A DNA stretch of 57,631 nucleotides, the filler included, from Asterionella formosa (taxonomy: Eukaryota), in NCBI GenBank assembly GCA_002256025.1. It is 7 parts of 7 records of this genome, joined end to end, with 100 filler letters (N's around TTAATTAATTAA, not from the genome) between each part and the next. Parts side by side here need not be neighbours in the genome. Positions count along the whole stretch, not along the records: positions 41,286 to 49,419 come from NKIB01012318.1; positions 49,520 to 57,631 come from NKIB01012319.1; 5 more parts are not named here. One strand, 5' to 3'. Made by a program: the position numbers and the translations under genes. The notes under the pieces are model-generated. The model made no database searches and was not told where the DNA came from. It saw only the letters and a list, made by a program, of their open reading frames with translations. Numbering within the stretch: the first letter of the stretch is position 1; each line of letters starts with the position of its first letter. This document shows positions 44,736 through 57,070 of the stretch, piece by piece.

Positions 44736-45788
44736 CTATTTTTGCTGCTGTGCTTGTTTCTTCTTGAGACTGTGAACGATTGTTTTTGCCATCCTTTGAA
44801 ATTGCCGTTTCATCTCCTTCGCCGCTAGATGATAATCATTATTGGGATCCGAATTGTACAAGAGAGCATTGTTCAACATGAGATTAACATCTGTAAAGAA
44901 GGCTTGAAGCGTGTCGTATGCCGCCTTCTCTACCTTGGCCTTTATGTACGTCAAATTCATGGGCTTCTCGATGACGTCAAAGTAATCTGAAACTCCCATG
45001 GCCACATGGTTGCTTCTATCGATCACGATCCGAAAGGGGTTGGTATGTCCTAGATTGGCAAATTCCATGTCCCATAATTTCTTTGATAAGGGAACTGTGT
45101 ACTTTTGAAGCGCTCTCGCTGGTGATTCCATTCGCTCTTGACGACGTCGGTCTTCCTCTTCTGCAAGCTCTTCCTCCATCTGTCTCCGACGTGCGGCTTC
45201 TCGGTTTCGTCGCCGCTGTTCTTCTATGCGTTGCCGTTCCTGTTCACTCTGCTTCTGCCTCTCAGCAGCCGCAACAGCCGCGTCCTTGGATTCCATCGTC
45301 TGTCGCTTGATCTCTTTTTGCTGCAGGCCAAGAGCCATACCCTCTAGAAACCTTTTTCTCCCTGCTTCATCTGGATGTCTCCGAGGCAACGCTGCAAGAG
45401 TTGCTTGGAGCAATGCCTCTTGCTCGTGCTTCTTGCCTTCGCGCAGTGTGAGTGCCGCTCGCATGGCGCCAGTCTCCATTTTCTCTCGTTGGGCTATTCG
45501 ATCCCAAGGATGATCGTAGGATCTAAAGGCTTCTACTTTTTCTCTTAGCCTGGCAGTTATGGGCTTGTATAGTTTGTCCTTGGGGACAATTGGCTTACGA
45601 GGAGTAACCACACCCGAGAAAAGGAGATATTTGTAGGTTGTTTCCAGAGGCTCGCGCCGCGTGACATCTTGCAGGGCTTCGCGAAGCTGCTTTCGTAAGT
45701 TGTCTTCGTCGGGTCTAGCAGTAGTGGTGGTAGTAGTGGTGGATAGAGACGATGAAGTACCGGTAGGAGCGGTCGGGAGGGAGGACAT
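44736..45788 (-). CDS. Bromodomain protein (350 aa) with coiled-coil region
   Basis: NPFRIVID...DYFDVIEKPMNLTYIKAKV...Y...F..DVNLMLNNALLYN, with the acetyl-lysine-binding Asn. Confidence 0.92.
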   Translation of the reverse strand: MSSLPTAPTGTSSSLSTTTTTTTARPDEDNLRKQLREALQDVTRREPLETTYKYLLFSGVVTPRKPIVPKDKLYKPITARLREKVEAFRSYDHPWDRIAQREKMETGAMRAALTLREGKKHEQEALLQATLAALPRRHPDEAGRKRFLEGMALGLQQKEIKRQTMESKDAAVAAAERQKQSEQERQRIEEQRRRNREAARRRQMEEELAEEEDRRRQERMESPARALQKYTVPLSKKLWDMEFANLGHTNPFRIVIDRSNHVAMGVSDYFDVIEKPMNLTYIKAKVEKAAYDTLQAFFTDVNLMLNNALLYNSDPNNDYHLAAKEMKRQFQRMAKTIVHSLKKKQAQQQK

Positions 45789-46670
45789 GACTAATCCTGG
45801 ATTTTATCAAACTCAAGGATGATCTGACATGTGTAGACAATATGTAAGCCAGGTCCGATTTTTCTGATGTTGAATAGCTCTATATAATAGTAGACTATTA
45901 TTTTGGATACATAAATGTATTCATGTATGAATATACCTTGAGGATATGTGGTATGATCCTCCTCATTTGTTCAAACATCATCGCTCGTTTTTCCAACATC
46001 CATACCAGTATGGTGCCGTTGGAATTTCTGTACCTGGTACGAGGTACTCCACATGCATGGANNNNNNNNNNNNNNNNNNNNNNNNNNNNNNNNNNNNNNN
46101 NNNNNNNNNNNNNNNNNNNNNNNNNNNNNNNNNNNNNNNNNNNNNNNNNNNNNNNNNNNNNNNNNNNNNNNNNNNNNNNNNNNNNNNNNNNNNNNNNNNN
46201 NNNNNNNNNNNNNNNNNNNNNNNNNNNNNNNNNNNNNNNNNNNNNNNNNNNNNNNNNNNNNNNNNNNNNNNNNNNNNNNNNNNNNNNNNNNNNNNNNNNN
46301 NNNNNNNNNNNNNNNNNNNNNNNNNNNNNNNNNNNNNNNNNNNNNNNNNNNNNNNNNNNNNNNNNNNNNNNNNNNNNNNNNNNNNNNNNNNNNNNNNNNN
46401 NNNNNNNNNNNNNNNNNNNNNNNNNNNNNNNNNNNNNNNNNNNNNNNNNNNNNNNNNNNNNNNNNNNNNNNNNNNNNNNNNNNNNNNNNNNNNNNNNNNN
46501 NNNNNNNNNNNNNNNNNNNNNNNNNNNNNNNNNNNNNNNNNNNNNNNNNNNNNNNNNNNNNNNNNNNNNNNNNNNNNNNNNNNNNNNNNNNNNNNNNNNN
46601 NNNNNNNNNNNNNNNNNNNNNNNNNNNNNNNNNNNNNNNNNNNNNNNNNNNNNNNNNNNNNNNNNNNNNN

Positions 46671-47132
46671 ACAAATCAAGGCACAGAAGGAAATCCTTGC
46701 TCGGAGACGTAATCCGAAACTCATGTCGGAATACGAAGAAGCAATTCGTCAGAATCGCCAAAAGCTGGCCGAGGAAAAAGATGTGTACAAGTTTCAACAA
46801 AAAGTACAAGAAGGATACGATCCATTGACAGATTGGAAAAGGTTGCGGGAAGAAGGCAAAATCAAAATTGGAAGTGATTTGAAGCGAGACAAGGGAACCG
46901 AGCGTCTTGGAAGTGAGGGGTTAATTGATGTTCGTGTCGATGAGAGAATGCCTTACATCGATCAAGGATATGTAGATGAAAGTTCTGATGTTATGGGAAA
47001 TGTGAGTTATTCATTGTTGTTTGGTGGAATAGGAGCATGTGAACTTGCGCTCACATCAAAGTATTTGATTCACCACTATATTTACAGTTCATGAACATCT
47101 TTGGAAGAAAGAAAAAGAGACAAGACGATTAA
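46671..47132 (+). CDS. Hypothetical protein, 3' part (5' end lies in an N gap)
   Basis: Open frame QIKAQKEILARRRNP...ERMPYIDQGYVDESSDVMGN, intron 47002-47087 (GTGAGT...ACAG), last exon FMNIFGRKKKRQDD*. Confidence 0.75.
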
Positions 47133-47313
47133 ATCTCACATGAATTGCATTTTGGTCATCATAATGGGCAATGCATACTTCATACTTTGATATATTTGTT
47201 GTTAAGTGCCCTAAGGTGGACTCAAGCTCCTCTACTTCTTTTAACCACTCAAGATTCGGAATGGTGCCTGTTCACACACCTTAATCTTTACACTTACTAC
47301 TGTTTATAAATAG

Positions 47314-48634
47314 TTAAATTCTGGTATTTATTTCCTCCCTAGTTTTGAGGTCCATCACACTCGTCATGGTCCATTCCTCTACCTCAGACCAAATGTCCTG
47401 TTCATTTCGCTTACTAATAGCAAGGTGTTTGTTGATGCTTGTTGCCTCAACAACAGATGGAGGCAATGGATCGTTGCGTGCAGCTTGAACAGCTATCATA
47501 AGAGCAAATCGATTCTCGTCCAAGTACCCCAGTAGTTCTTGGACTTCTTTTCCGACGTTGTGACGAGTCTGAACTTCGGCATCCTTGGCAGTGTCAGCAA
47601 GGAGTTTAGAAAAGGCAGCACTGCAATAATCGCAACAAATCAATCCTCCCGGACCACCAGTGGGGCATTTGGGGGTCCCATGCCATTCAAGAGGCTCCCA
47701 TGTGATATCTTTCTGAAAGAATGCCTCCTGCGTTGTGGCTGATTGCCCTGGTTGGTCATCCTTCTTTTCTTCGTCGCTTGACGAATTGCTTGCATTCGCA
47801 CCAGAAACTTCCTCCTTGATTTCGTCTTCCTTCAATTTAACCTTCTCTTCATCTCCCAAGATCTGTTTAACAAAATTAGTGAGTTACTGTGACGAAATAA
47901 TTTACATTCACACCTCCAACGAAACTTACAATTTCGTTCATGTTGGGCCTCGAAGCCAATGCATCATTGAGCTCTTGTTCTAGCTTGATCAGATTGACCT
48001 GTGCCATTTCCTTTCTTTTAATAGCTGCTTGTTTCGCCCGTTTCACGCGATCGCGGAGTTGTCTGATTTCCTTTTGCTTGGCCATCCATTCTGTTTCTGT
48101 CATTCCCAATATCTTTAGTTTTTTGGCCAAAGTGGCTTGATTTCGCGCCACCACGCCGGCACTAATTTTAGCCTTGACTTCTTCAGAACGCTGCTTTCCT
48201 TTGTTCCATGGAGATTTTCCTTTATTGGCTTTTCCAATTCTAGCACGAGACTTTTTCGTGTGGGCATAGCCTCCACGATCTGTTTTTCTAACATAAGTTG
48301 GCATCTGATCGAAATAGTCTTCATTGTCTGTATCGTATTGGTGAGGTCTCAGCCGCTTCTTTCCTAACCCCTTGTTCCAGGGAGGTCGCTTGGCAGCTGT
48401 ATTGATGCGCGCTTCTGTAGACTTGACTGGGTGGGGCAGTTCGTCCTCATGGTCTGGCTGCTTGGAGGATCCGGCGTCGTCTTCATTGTCGACGGCACCT
48501 CCAGTGGATTGCTCCCATTCGCTTCCACCGCTGGAATCATCCGAATCAGAAGCACGCAACGCCTTCGTCGTATTGGTCTTTCTGGAACTTGAGGAAGAAC
48601 GATTCGGTTTAGAAGCCATGTTTTGTAGCCCCAT
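47314..48634 (-). CDS. NUMOD3-motif protein with C-terminal Cys cluster
   Basis: Exon 1 47930-48634, intron 47863-47929 (GTAAGT...ACAG), exon 2 to 47314. HTKKSRARIGKANKGKSPWNKGKQRSEEVKAKIS (NUMOD3/IENR2-like) and CPTGGPGGLICCDYCS. Confidence 0.78.
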
Positions 48635-49255
48635 GAAGTCTCATCATGGCAAAACAAGAAACCAACGAGCCACCAAGAAGAAGATAATGATGAGAGACCA
48701 AGCTACTGGTATGTTTGTTGTACCTGGTACTCGGAATACGGAGTATCTATCTATTTAGGGGGTAACTGGTACGCCAGACCGTCCCTGCAAGTTGCGTTCA
48801 TTTGCCTTAAACAAACAATTTAATATAGGATAAAGAAAACTAAAAGTTTCAGCGCATTTTCTGCAACTTGCTGGTACCGGGGTACTGTACTGTATACCTC
48901 GGCATACTTATGTTACGGGGAAGGACGGACGCGATGGGGCCAAGCCACCACGCGAGCAGTTGATTGCTTGGCCTTAGCTAACTACCGGTACCGGTAAGCA
49001 AAATGGTAAATTCAGGGCAGGCGGGGCGATGATCGAGCGAGTATACCGGTAATTATCGAAGATGTGCGTGTTGTTGCATCTGACAGCATACCGGTAGTAC
49101 TCATACACTCTGGAGTCCCAGTGTAACGGGTATACTTCATAGAGGCTTCGATATGAATAAAACGGTATCGTTGGTGTGGACGATAAATGAATTTAGTAGC
49201 ACTTCAGTACCTGGTACCACCGTTGCCCTGGTATCATATGATAGATTCAATGTAA

Positions 49256-49419
49256 CAGCAGCGGCGTGCAAGATTTATCGTTGCCGCTCGCACTCAGATT
49301 AAAGAGAAGATTGAGGAAAAGCTTTTGGCGAGAGGAGACAGTGTTGATGACATGCGTTTAGAAATCAGAGAGGCTTGTAGCTACTTGGCCACCATGACCA
49401 TGGATGTGATGGATGGTTT
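49256..49419 (+). CDS. Possible coding fragment running into the scaffold end
   Basis: Open frame QQRRARFIVAARTQIKEKIEEKLLARGDSVDDMRLEIREACSYL...; no start codon or homology recognised. Confidence 0.25.
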
Positions 49420-50849
49420 NNNNNNNNNNNNNNNNNNNNNNNNNNNNNNNNNNNNNNNNNNNNTTAATTAATTAANNNNNNNNNNNNNNNNNNNNNNNNN
49501 NNNNNNNNNNNNNNNNNNNACGCTCTAAATCTATTTGTGGATAGATTTTTCACTAATATCATTCATTTCATTAGTTTTCTACTTCATATCATCATGTATG
49601 TATATTGATTCAATTTCTTTTAGAAATCAGGTGGCATGAGCTTTGGCTTGATAATTAAATAGCTAATATGATTTTATTTTTACAAGTTCTAACGAATCAA
49701 CCGAAAAAAAAACCAACAAAAGAGAAGATCATGCCACATTCCAGTCATGGTGACTATCTTGATCCGAAATGGAGTTGGAGGACGAAATAAAATCAGCGAT
49801 GAAAATCAGAATTGGTGGTCCTCTAAAATCCCATTCCCTCCCCCCACAACAATCACATCAGTGGTTGAACCAAACTCTCACCTGAACAGGAATCATATAA
49901 TCGACTATCATTCAGTGTAGAAATTGCTGCAGGAAGATGTAAGCTGCGAAAGTTGTGTCTGTACATTTGTAAAGAAAGAATATTGCAAACAAGGTCCATT
50001 ACCTTCGTTGCACAAAAGAGTCCGAAATACACAATGAATGAGTCCAGGGAATTCGTGTTAAATTTTTTGACGAAATATCTAGAAAATCAATAATTGTTTC
50101 TATCAAGGATAGAAAGTTTCCCAACTAAATTTTAAATGACATTTTTTTATTAAAAATTTTATCGAGCAATATGAACTACTGCCATTTCGAACATTTATCA
50201 TACTAACATAGATGAGGTAATCGTTCAAAAATAAAAAGTTTCCACAAGTATTGACAAAAAAGAAATTGCCGCTAGAATTTATTTTCGTCGTCGTTTCCTC
50301 ATCAGTTTTGAGGATACGAGCAAAAACGAGACAAAGTTGAGTCCGTGAGCGATGACTAGCTTGATAACTTCTATTAGATATTTAGTTCTATCTTTTGTAA
50401 AAAAGGTGAGAAAAATCGAGCAATAGAAATCTAGGAGAGGGTGCAACATCTCAAAATGCAAGAAAATACCTCAGTATACAATTTTGTACTTACCATCATG
50501 GCTGTACGTATTATTTGTCGTGGTCAATATTTCTATGGAATCTTGAGCAGGTCACTTTGAAGTAAAATAAAATAGACAGTTGCAGACATAAATGTTTACA
50601 CTGCTTGTCCTTTACGCGACTAGAACAGTATGGACAACCTGTATATGCATCTCTATTGTCGGTATGATTTTGTTATACATATGCCAATTAGATACCAGTA
50701 TATTTCTATTTACCAGTACCAGTATTTCCTACCACATGCATACTATATGGCATGTAATGCGTCGCTCATTTTGCATTTTCTATTGGTATAGAATGTAGCT
50801 CGCTCCTCGCCTTGCTTGGCAGCATGAAAAATTTATTTTATGTTTAACA

Positions 50850-51430
50850 GCTGTAGACAAGCAGTTTATTTTGGGTTGTCACAAAGCCGGAATGGGACCA
50901 GGTGGTAATGCTGATATCATTTGCTCTGCAATGAGCTTACCAATTACCTTTGGAATACTATATTCTACACAAGCAAGGCAACTTCAGTGTTTTAGATGAA
51001 CTGGTGGGAAAGGCTGAAGTTGCTACAACATTTCTTGCTATGAAAGATGTGTGTCAGGAAGAAATAGATCAAACAATCAATTTTCATGAACGAGGAGATT
51101 GGGCTGGCTAACAAAGGACCGGATTTCCAGTGGTGAAACAGTCTACCTGGTGCGGACGACCGCTTGTCTGTACTCAATATACTGCGACTCACCGTTAGTT
51201 ATGATATGGAATGTCTGGCAGCAGCGATCCAGCGGTAATAAATGCAATTTCGCAAGTGGACATGCTTTTTGTGTTGGTGGCAAAACGAAAAAGATACTAG
51301 ACTACTTAGTGAAATCTAGGTCTGTAATGTTTCTGACAAATCTACACGATACAAGAAACCAATCAAGGACCATCTTTGCCCCAACAATCATGTAAATGGT
51401 AGTGCAAAGGCAATGGAACCAGACGCCCAA
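50850..51430 (+). pseudogene. Degenerate Mutator-like transposase (PF20700-type)
   Basis: Pieces SYDM / WQQRSSGNKCNFASGHAFCVGGKTKKILDYLVKSRS / DHLCPNNHVNGSAKAMEPDA match the D..WQKRG..S..G....IG..T.KVLD...S..C...H.C..N..GSS.AME pattern. Confidence 0.6.
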
Positions 51431-51662
51431 TCCTATTACAGGAAAACATATATTTGGCGGACAACTAGCTAGTCTAAGAAGAATGATGCAACGACTACTA
51501 CTACTGCGAAAAAAATTCTAGGAGTCTTTGATAGAACCGACAAGAAAAAATGGGAGCACCACCAGTTTAAGAACGATGCAACTACTGAAAAAAAATGCAA
51601 ATGATATAATATTTTCTAACCCTCACATTTAAAAATAACAACTTGTACAGTAAAATATTAAT

Positions 51663-51870
51663 CAATGGCTTTGAGCCACTTCAACCGTTTTTGTCACTTT
51701 TAAAATGGATAAATCTCAGTTAATTTATGTTAAGTAAAGAGAATGATCTATTTCTCATCTAGCATAATGAACTAACTAACATTGTGCCAAAGGGAAAAAG
51801 AGGGGATCTATTTTAGCTTAAATCTAGAATTAGTCAAAAAGCGATATAATAACGTGGCTCAAATCCATTG
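51663..51870. mobile_element. 208-bp MITE-like element with 17-bp TIRs
   Basis: Left CAATGGCTTTGAGCCAC, right GTGGCTCAAATCCATTG (16/17). Body homologous to 13613-13786. No clear TSD. Confidence 0.7.
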
Positions 51871-52153
51871 TCTTTATAGCTGATACTCCCTCTGTCCAAA
51901 AAACGTTGCATCGATTTTTCAATTTTCTCCAGGGCCATTTTGACTCCGACGACATTCTCCGGCTCAATTGCCCTTTTGTGCGGATTGTCCTTAACTACAG
52001 AATCATGTATGTATAATATGTAGAAAAATAAAGAGTAGCAAATACATTTGAAAAAAGTTTTTGGGCTTGTTCGATTTCCACTTTTGTGCCTCTCGAGCAA
52101 AATCAAGATGCCTGACCCCCGATTTTTTGCTACCACCATTTCTCAAAAATAAT

Positions 52154-53520
52154 ATGAGAAGGGATCTAACACCAGAAGACCGTCAACTTGTATTGAATTA
52201 TGGTTTGTGGAACCTCAAAAGAGGACCTGATAGATACGACGAAATTGAGCGATGGTTGGCTCGTTTTAGCTCTAGTGTGTGGAACCGTTAAATAATTGGC
52301 GGGCCGGTTCAAAGATGATAAAACAACTATACAAGGAACGTATTTGGAACCGTGATACTGACGTGTTTGCATCGCGTTCCCGCAAATTCTTGGCCAAGCG
52401 TCCTCTCAAATATAATCGTGAGGAAATGATTACAGCGATCGCAAAGAATATCCCACATCGCAAGCGTAGTACTTATCGTAAATTAGTAGCTGCGCTTGCC
52501 CTGCTTCTGAAGTCAGCAGTTTTTGATAAAAGAGGGGATGTATTATAACTGCACTCAAGTGCGCTGAAACCGAGGTTTTCGGAGCTAGGTAAGATTAGTC
52601 GTTTTATGAATTGTGTTAACCATTTACAATAAAACCATCCAGATCAAGAACATCCTTCCCCTGACATTGACTTTGACCCGGGACTGTTTGGATATTACGA
52701 TGGCTTCTACAACCAGGTCCATATAGATGAAAAGTGGTTTTTTGTTGCAAAGGAAAATTGAAGATGTATCTGGCTCATGGAGAGGAGGCTCCCACACAGC
52801 GAAAAAGACATACTAAAGATCATATCGAAAAGGTAATGTTCCTTTCTGCTGTAACTTGTCCATGTTTCGACGACAACAAAGTGTGGGTGTTTGACGGTAA
52901 AATTGGTATTTGGCCATTTGTTCACCAATTGGTAGCCCAAAGGACTTCCATTTATCGACCAGCAGGGACAATGGAAACAAAATCCCTTCCAGGTACCCAA
53001 GCAGACATATGCTGACATGATCATGAACAATGTTTTACCTGTGATCAAAGAGAAGTGGCCTGATGACAAAAAAGATTATATCTACAGCATGACAATGCAT
53101 CCACACATTTCGGTTCTGATTACGCTCCCTTTGTAGCTGCAACAAGAGCGGAAGGCTGGGATATTCAATTGACAAAGCAACCAGCAAACAGTCCGGATTT
53201 AAATGTCAATGATCTATCGTTTTTCAGGGCATCGCAGTCAGGTCAATGGGACTCCGTGGAGGAATCTAACGATGATGTTGACAGTTTGATAGAGGCAGTG
53301 GCGACAGCATTCAATTTGTTTGACCCCAAGCTATTAAATTTTCTTTCTTAACATTACAAGGTTGCATACAGGAAATCATTTTGGTGAATGGCGATAATAA
53401 CTATGATTTACCGCACATGGGGAAGACAGCTTTAGATTGGGTGGGATAGCTCCCGGATAGGATATCTGCAGGGGAAGGAGCAATTGAATTGGCCCGCACA
53501 TTTCTCGATGAGGAGTTCTA
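52154..53520 (+). pseudogene. DD39D mariner transposase, several frameshifts
   Basis: VHIDEKWFF, HIEKVMFLSAV, FDGKIGIWPFV, RPAGTMETK, QHDNASTH...QPANSPDLNVND. I count exactly 39 residues between the second and third Asp. Confidence 0.92.
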
Positions 53521-53699
53521 ATAAAAGAGTGTGCAGATAAGGGGTTTTTCGTTGCCGGCACCACTATGGCTGAATTGGATTGACCGACATTCCTCCTTTT
53601 TAATTTGTATATGTATACATGAATATAAATACAGTGCTATTCAGAGTACATCTATTTGCAATTTTGAAATTCAACTGAATGGTAAGTCTAGTATTTTAT

Positions 53700-54199
53700 C
53701 TACACAGCAGTAGAATTGCTATTATCTGACAGGTGATCATCTATTTCGATGATCTCCTCCTCCTTAACAGCATCTTCAATCTTGACGATTTCATCAAGGA
53801 AGCCAACATAAATAGCGCAATTCCATAACCTTGTATATTCATTCTTTTTTCTTTTGCTCCTCAGAGGCTTTGAGCAGTTCCATAACTACTGCAGTGCGAT
53901 GAACATAATTCCTCGCCTCGAATATGTAATGAGCAGCCAACTTGTCTTAAAAGATATCCAACTCTACACCTTTGACCTTCTGGATGGAGGTCACAGTCCA
54001 TCGTCACCTGGATTGTATTCTCGAGTTCTTGTAGGACCTTGTCCAGCACTGTACACCATTTAAAAAAGACCACTGATCCAACTTTCACAGTTGATCCACA
54101 ACAACAATGATGGGAACAGCTGCGGCCATTATTGCTTGCCATCAAGCCAAGGATCTGCTGACCATCAGGAATGGGCACATTGTCATTGTCAACATTCAT
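53700..54199 (-). pseudogene. Second gene inside the mariner: HIRAN-like protein with a CxxHxxC insert, frameshifted
   Basis: QILGLMASNNGRSCSHHCCCGSTVKVGSVVFFK...ENTIQV...CRVGYL, continuing in other frames as RTAVVMELLKASEEQKKKRMNIQGYGIA and then an acidic tail. Confidence 0.6.
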
Positions 54200-54485
54200 T
54201 TTGACGATGCCAATAATCATGATGGAAATGGATATATACATGTACCCAATGTAATACATGTATGTCAAATCGCTTTCGATTAATTTATTTTGATGCTAAA
54301 TATTTAATTACAAAAACAGACTATATGTTCATGTCTATGGAAGACATAAAAAACGCTTTTTTTCTAGTAAGCTGACCCTCATGTAGAAAATTGGTATAAA
54401 CTCTACATAATCCATGCTAAAATAAGCTGCCTGGCAATGAGAGTTCCGATTATCGATGCAACTATTTTCGGACAGAGGGAGTAAG

Positions 54486-55227
54486 AGTTAAAAACTGTAA
54501 GCCACCGTTATTTTACTCCATCTTCCGACTGAAAAGATTTATGCAATTTATCAATCGAAACCTGATGCAAGTACAAAGACTTTGTTGGACGATGCGCACT
54601 CTACTCAACGAATAAATGATCAGTTTCGATTCAGTGTATAAAGCCATGAAGATCTAATTTTTTCAAAGTCATTAAGATTGTTGCACAGCGGTGGCTTACA
54701 GTGCATATTTTTCTATCCATACATGAGTATATTCCCCCCCAAACCGTGATTATTTTCACTCCGTTTATACTACAGAAATTCTTTTCGTACTACTTCACCT
54801 GTTAGGCGCGATACAACATGCTTTTGCGCTTGAGTCATCACCAAATGCTTCTGACGCATAGTGTGTTCGAAAGAATGATGACCTCGTACCCCTAATTAAT
54901 TATATTAAATTAATTCTATTGGAAGAACATGATCTTTCTTGTACATATGCCTGTACAGGCGATGCCAGCTCAATAGAGTAACTGTGAAAAATCCATCTTT
55001 TGCAATTTCGCATCGACAGCAACCTTTGGACCGTAATAAGTCTTTAATAATTTACACATTGCAACAATACAAGTACAGAAGTATTTACTCTCTATATAAA
55101 TCTGAACAACTCCTTTGTGACAATAATTAACGTATCTTGCAAACTAAGTTCAAACCATGCATTTACTCTGTTTAGCAGTGGCTTACAATTCAAAAGTCAT
55201 CATAGCTGTGGCTTAAAGTTTTCAACT
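54486..55227. mobile_element. Non-autonomous TIR element (about 740 bp)
   Basis: Left AGTTAAAAACTGTAAGCCAC, right GTGGCTTAAAGTTTTCAACT (18/20 inverted). Internal copies of GTGGCTTACA at 54691 and about 55178. Confidence 0.6.
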
Positions 55228-55696
55228 GGTACCTCTTACCAGAGCATAGCTTAATAGAGATGCCTGGAGCCAGGTACAGTACTTTAAAAACTCATTGAGT
55301 TAAAACATGCAGTACTCGATGCTTCCTGGTTTATTTAGGGGGTGCAACCATATCAACTACATTTGAAAGTTGGGGTGCTGAAAGTACAGCATCTGAAGAA
55401 CACGGCATGCACTATCAAAAGTTGGCAAAGATCTAGGTTGTTGATTCATCTGACAAACCAAGAACAGCAACCTACACGAATTGGTACGGGGAACATTTTA
55501 ACATAAATGGAGAGGCCTTCCCAATTTGGACCTAGATGCCGTGCGACCTGAGTCGAGAGTGGCGGTGGTAGATAATTCAACCTTGGTGGAAGCGACGACT
55601 CTGTTTAAATCAATAAATGTGTGGCCATTCAGCACTTCCAATTCCAAGTTGTTCATTTCTTTTCAACATCTTTATTTTAATCCTCTGCGAAGAGCT

Positions 55697-56089
55697 TTAA
55701 CGAAGACGACGAGCCTCACGTTCCCATTCAAGAAGGCACAAAATGTCACCTTCACGGACAGGTCCCTTCACATTTCTCACAATAGAACGTCCAGTTCCAC
55801 TACCACCACCATCTGCATCCAAAAATTCAACTCTCACTTGCGTTACGTTACCAGTGTTTCCGGTTCTTCCCAAGACACGGTTGACTTTGGCCAGTTTGAC
55901 AGGTTGATCCTAAAATTTGTTTATGTAGTAGGTAGTAAGCAGTAAGTGAGTATACCATCATCGTAGAAACCTGCGTAAAAGTACGATGCAAGGTTTATCG
56001 CCATGATCAATGTTTAAAATCGTCACCTTTCTCGGGCGCTTCCGCAAGATCAAGCTGCATCATCTATCCGCTGACGATGGACTCACCAT
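55697..56089 (-). CDS. RPS28: 40S ribosomal protein S28 (eS28), 71 aa
   Basis: ATG-only exon 56087-56089, intron 55910-56086 (GTGAGT...TTAG), exon 2 [30 protein letters not shown]...[30 protein letters not shown]. Confidence 0.96.
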
Positions 56090-57028
56090 GATTATCAAAG
56101 CGAGCAACGAGGAAGGAAAATGAGAGACTACTGGTCTTTTTGTTGTTGTTGTTGATTTATGATGATTTGTGGTCTCAACTGGACGATGGTAACACAGCCT
56201 TCTGTCCTTCCATCATTCTATATGGCACATAAATTGTCGGGCACAGCCAGCTGATTGACTTTCGCAAAATTGACACCGACAACAAGAAAACATGTCTCAA
56301 CAAGACTACAGTACAGGTACGTACGGTACTTGGTACTCCTACAAGGTAGACAACTCCAAAAAAGTACCTGGGTTCTGGGACAGCTAGGTCACCTTTTTCG
56401 TGTGTCCAGTATCTACCGGAAGCACCCGGCTGTACCTGGATTGTTAGAAGTCTCAAATTCTACAGGTACCGTGAGTCAGTCTAGCCGTAGGCAAGGGTAA
56501 CGGTGCAAGTACATCTGGTACCTGGTACTCTCCGTGGTCACGAGTGCAAGTCTACATAATGTTTCGAGTTTTCATAGCATGCATGGGGTACCAAGCAGAT
56601 TCACAACATTATGTACGGGTTGTCAACATGAAAGAACCAACACCCAACGTAGTGGAATACCGAAGATAGGTACCGTAACTATCTACCGGTACCTGGTACC
56701 AGTATGTAGTGCGCTCTTTACGGGATGTCATCCTGCCTACGGGTACATTTTACGTGTTAAGTACTCCACGCACCTTTCGTACCAGTTACGAAAACTGATT
56801 AGATCGCAGCAACCAACAGTCTTGCTCTTCTCCTTTACATACTGGTAGATACACCAGGTAGTAATTTAACAAAACGGTGAGGAAGGAATTGACGGCGGAA
56901 TATGTACTAGAAATACACACTTCTTACAGCGAAACTGCAGCACACAACGACGAATAAGAGAAGATCAGCAAACCAATTTACAGTTCCCCTTTTCAACAGC
57001 AATACACAACAACGCCAATATAAGGAAT

Positions 57029-57070
57029 ATGAGTGATCCATGTGGAGATTTCGACGACAGCGACGGAGAG
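57029..57070 (+). CDS. Possible first exon of a gene continuing beyond the window
   Basis: A/C-rich leader, ATG, MSDPCGDFDDSDGE, then a strong donor GAG|GTAAGA. No downstream exon identified. Confidence 0.35.

Larger units (their letters stand above)
51886..54481 (+). mobile_element. Full-length plant-type (DD39D) mariner transposon, 2596 bp
   Basis: TA|CTCCCTCTGTCCAAAAAACGTTGCATCGAT ... ATCGATGCAACTATTTTCGGACAGAGGGAG|TA: Stowaway/Osmar-like TIRs with a TA target duplication. Confidence 0.93.

Noticed and set aside
55526..55945. 139-aa plus-strand ORF and similar overlapping ORFs within GOGAT, DPH1 and others
   Set aside because: Antisense or alternative-frame shadows of real genes (here RPS28).
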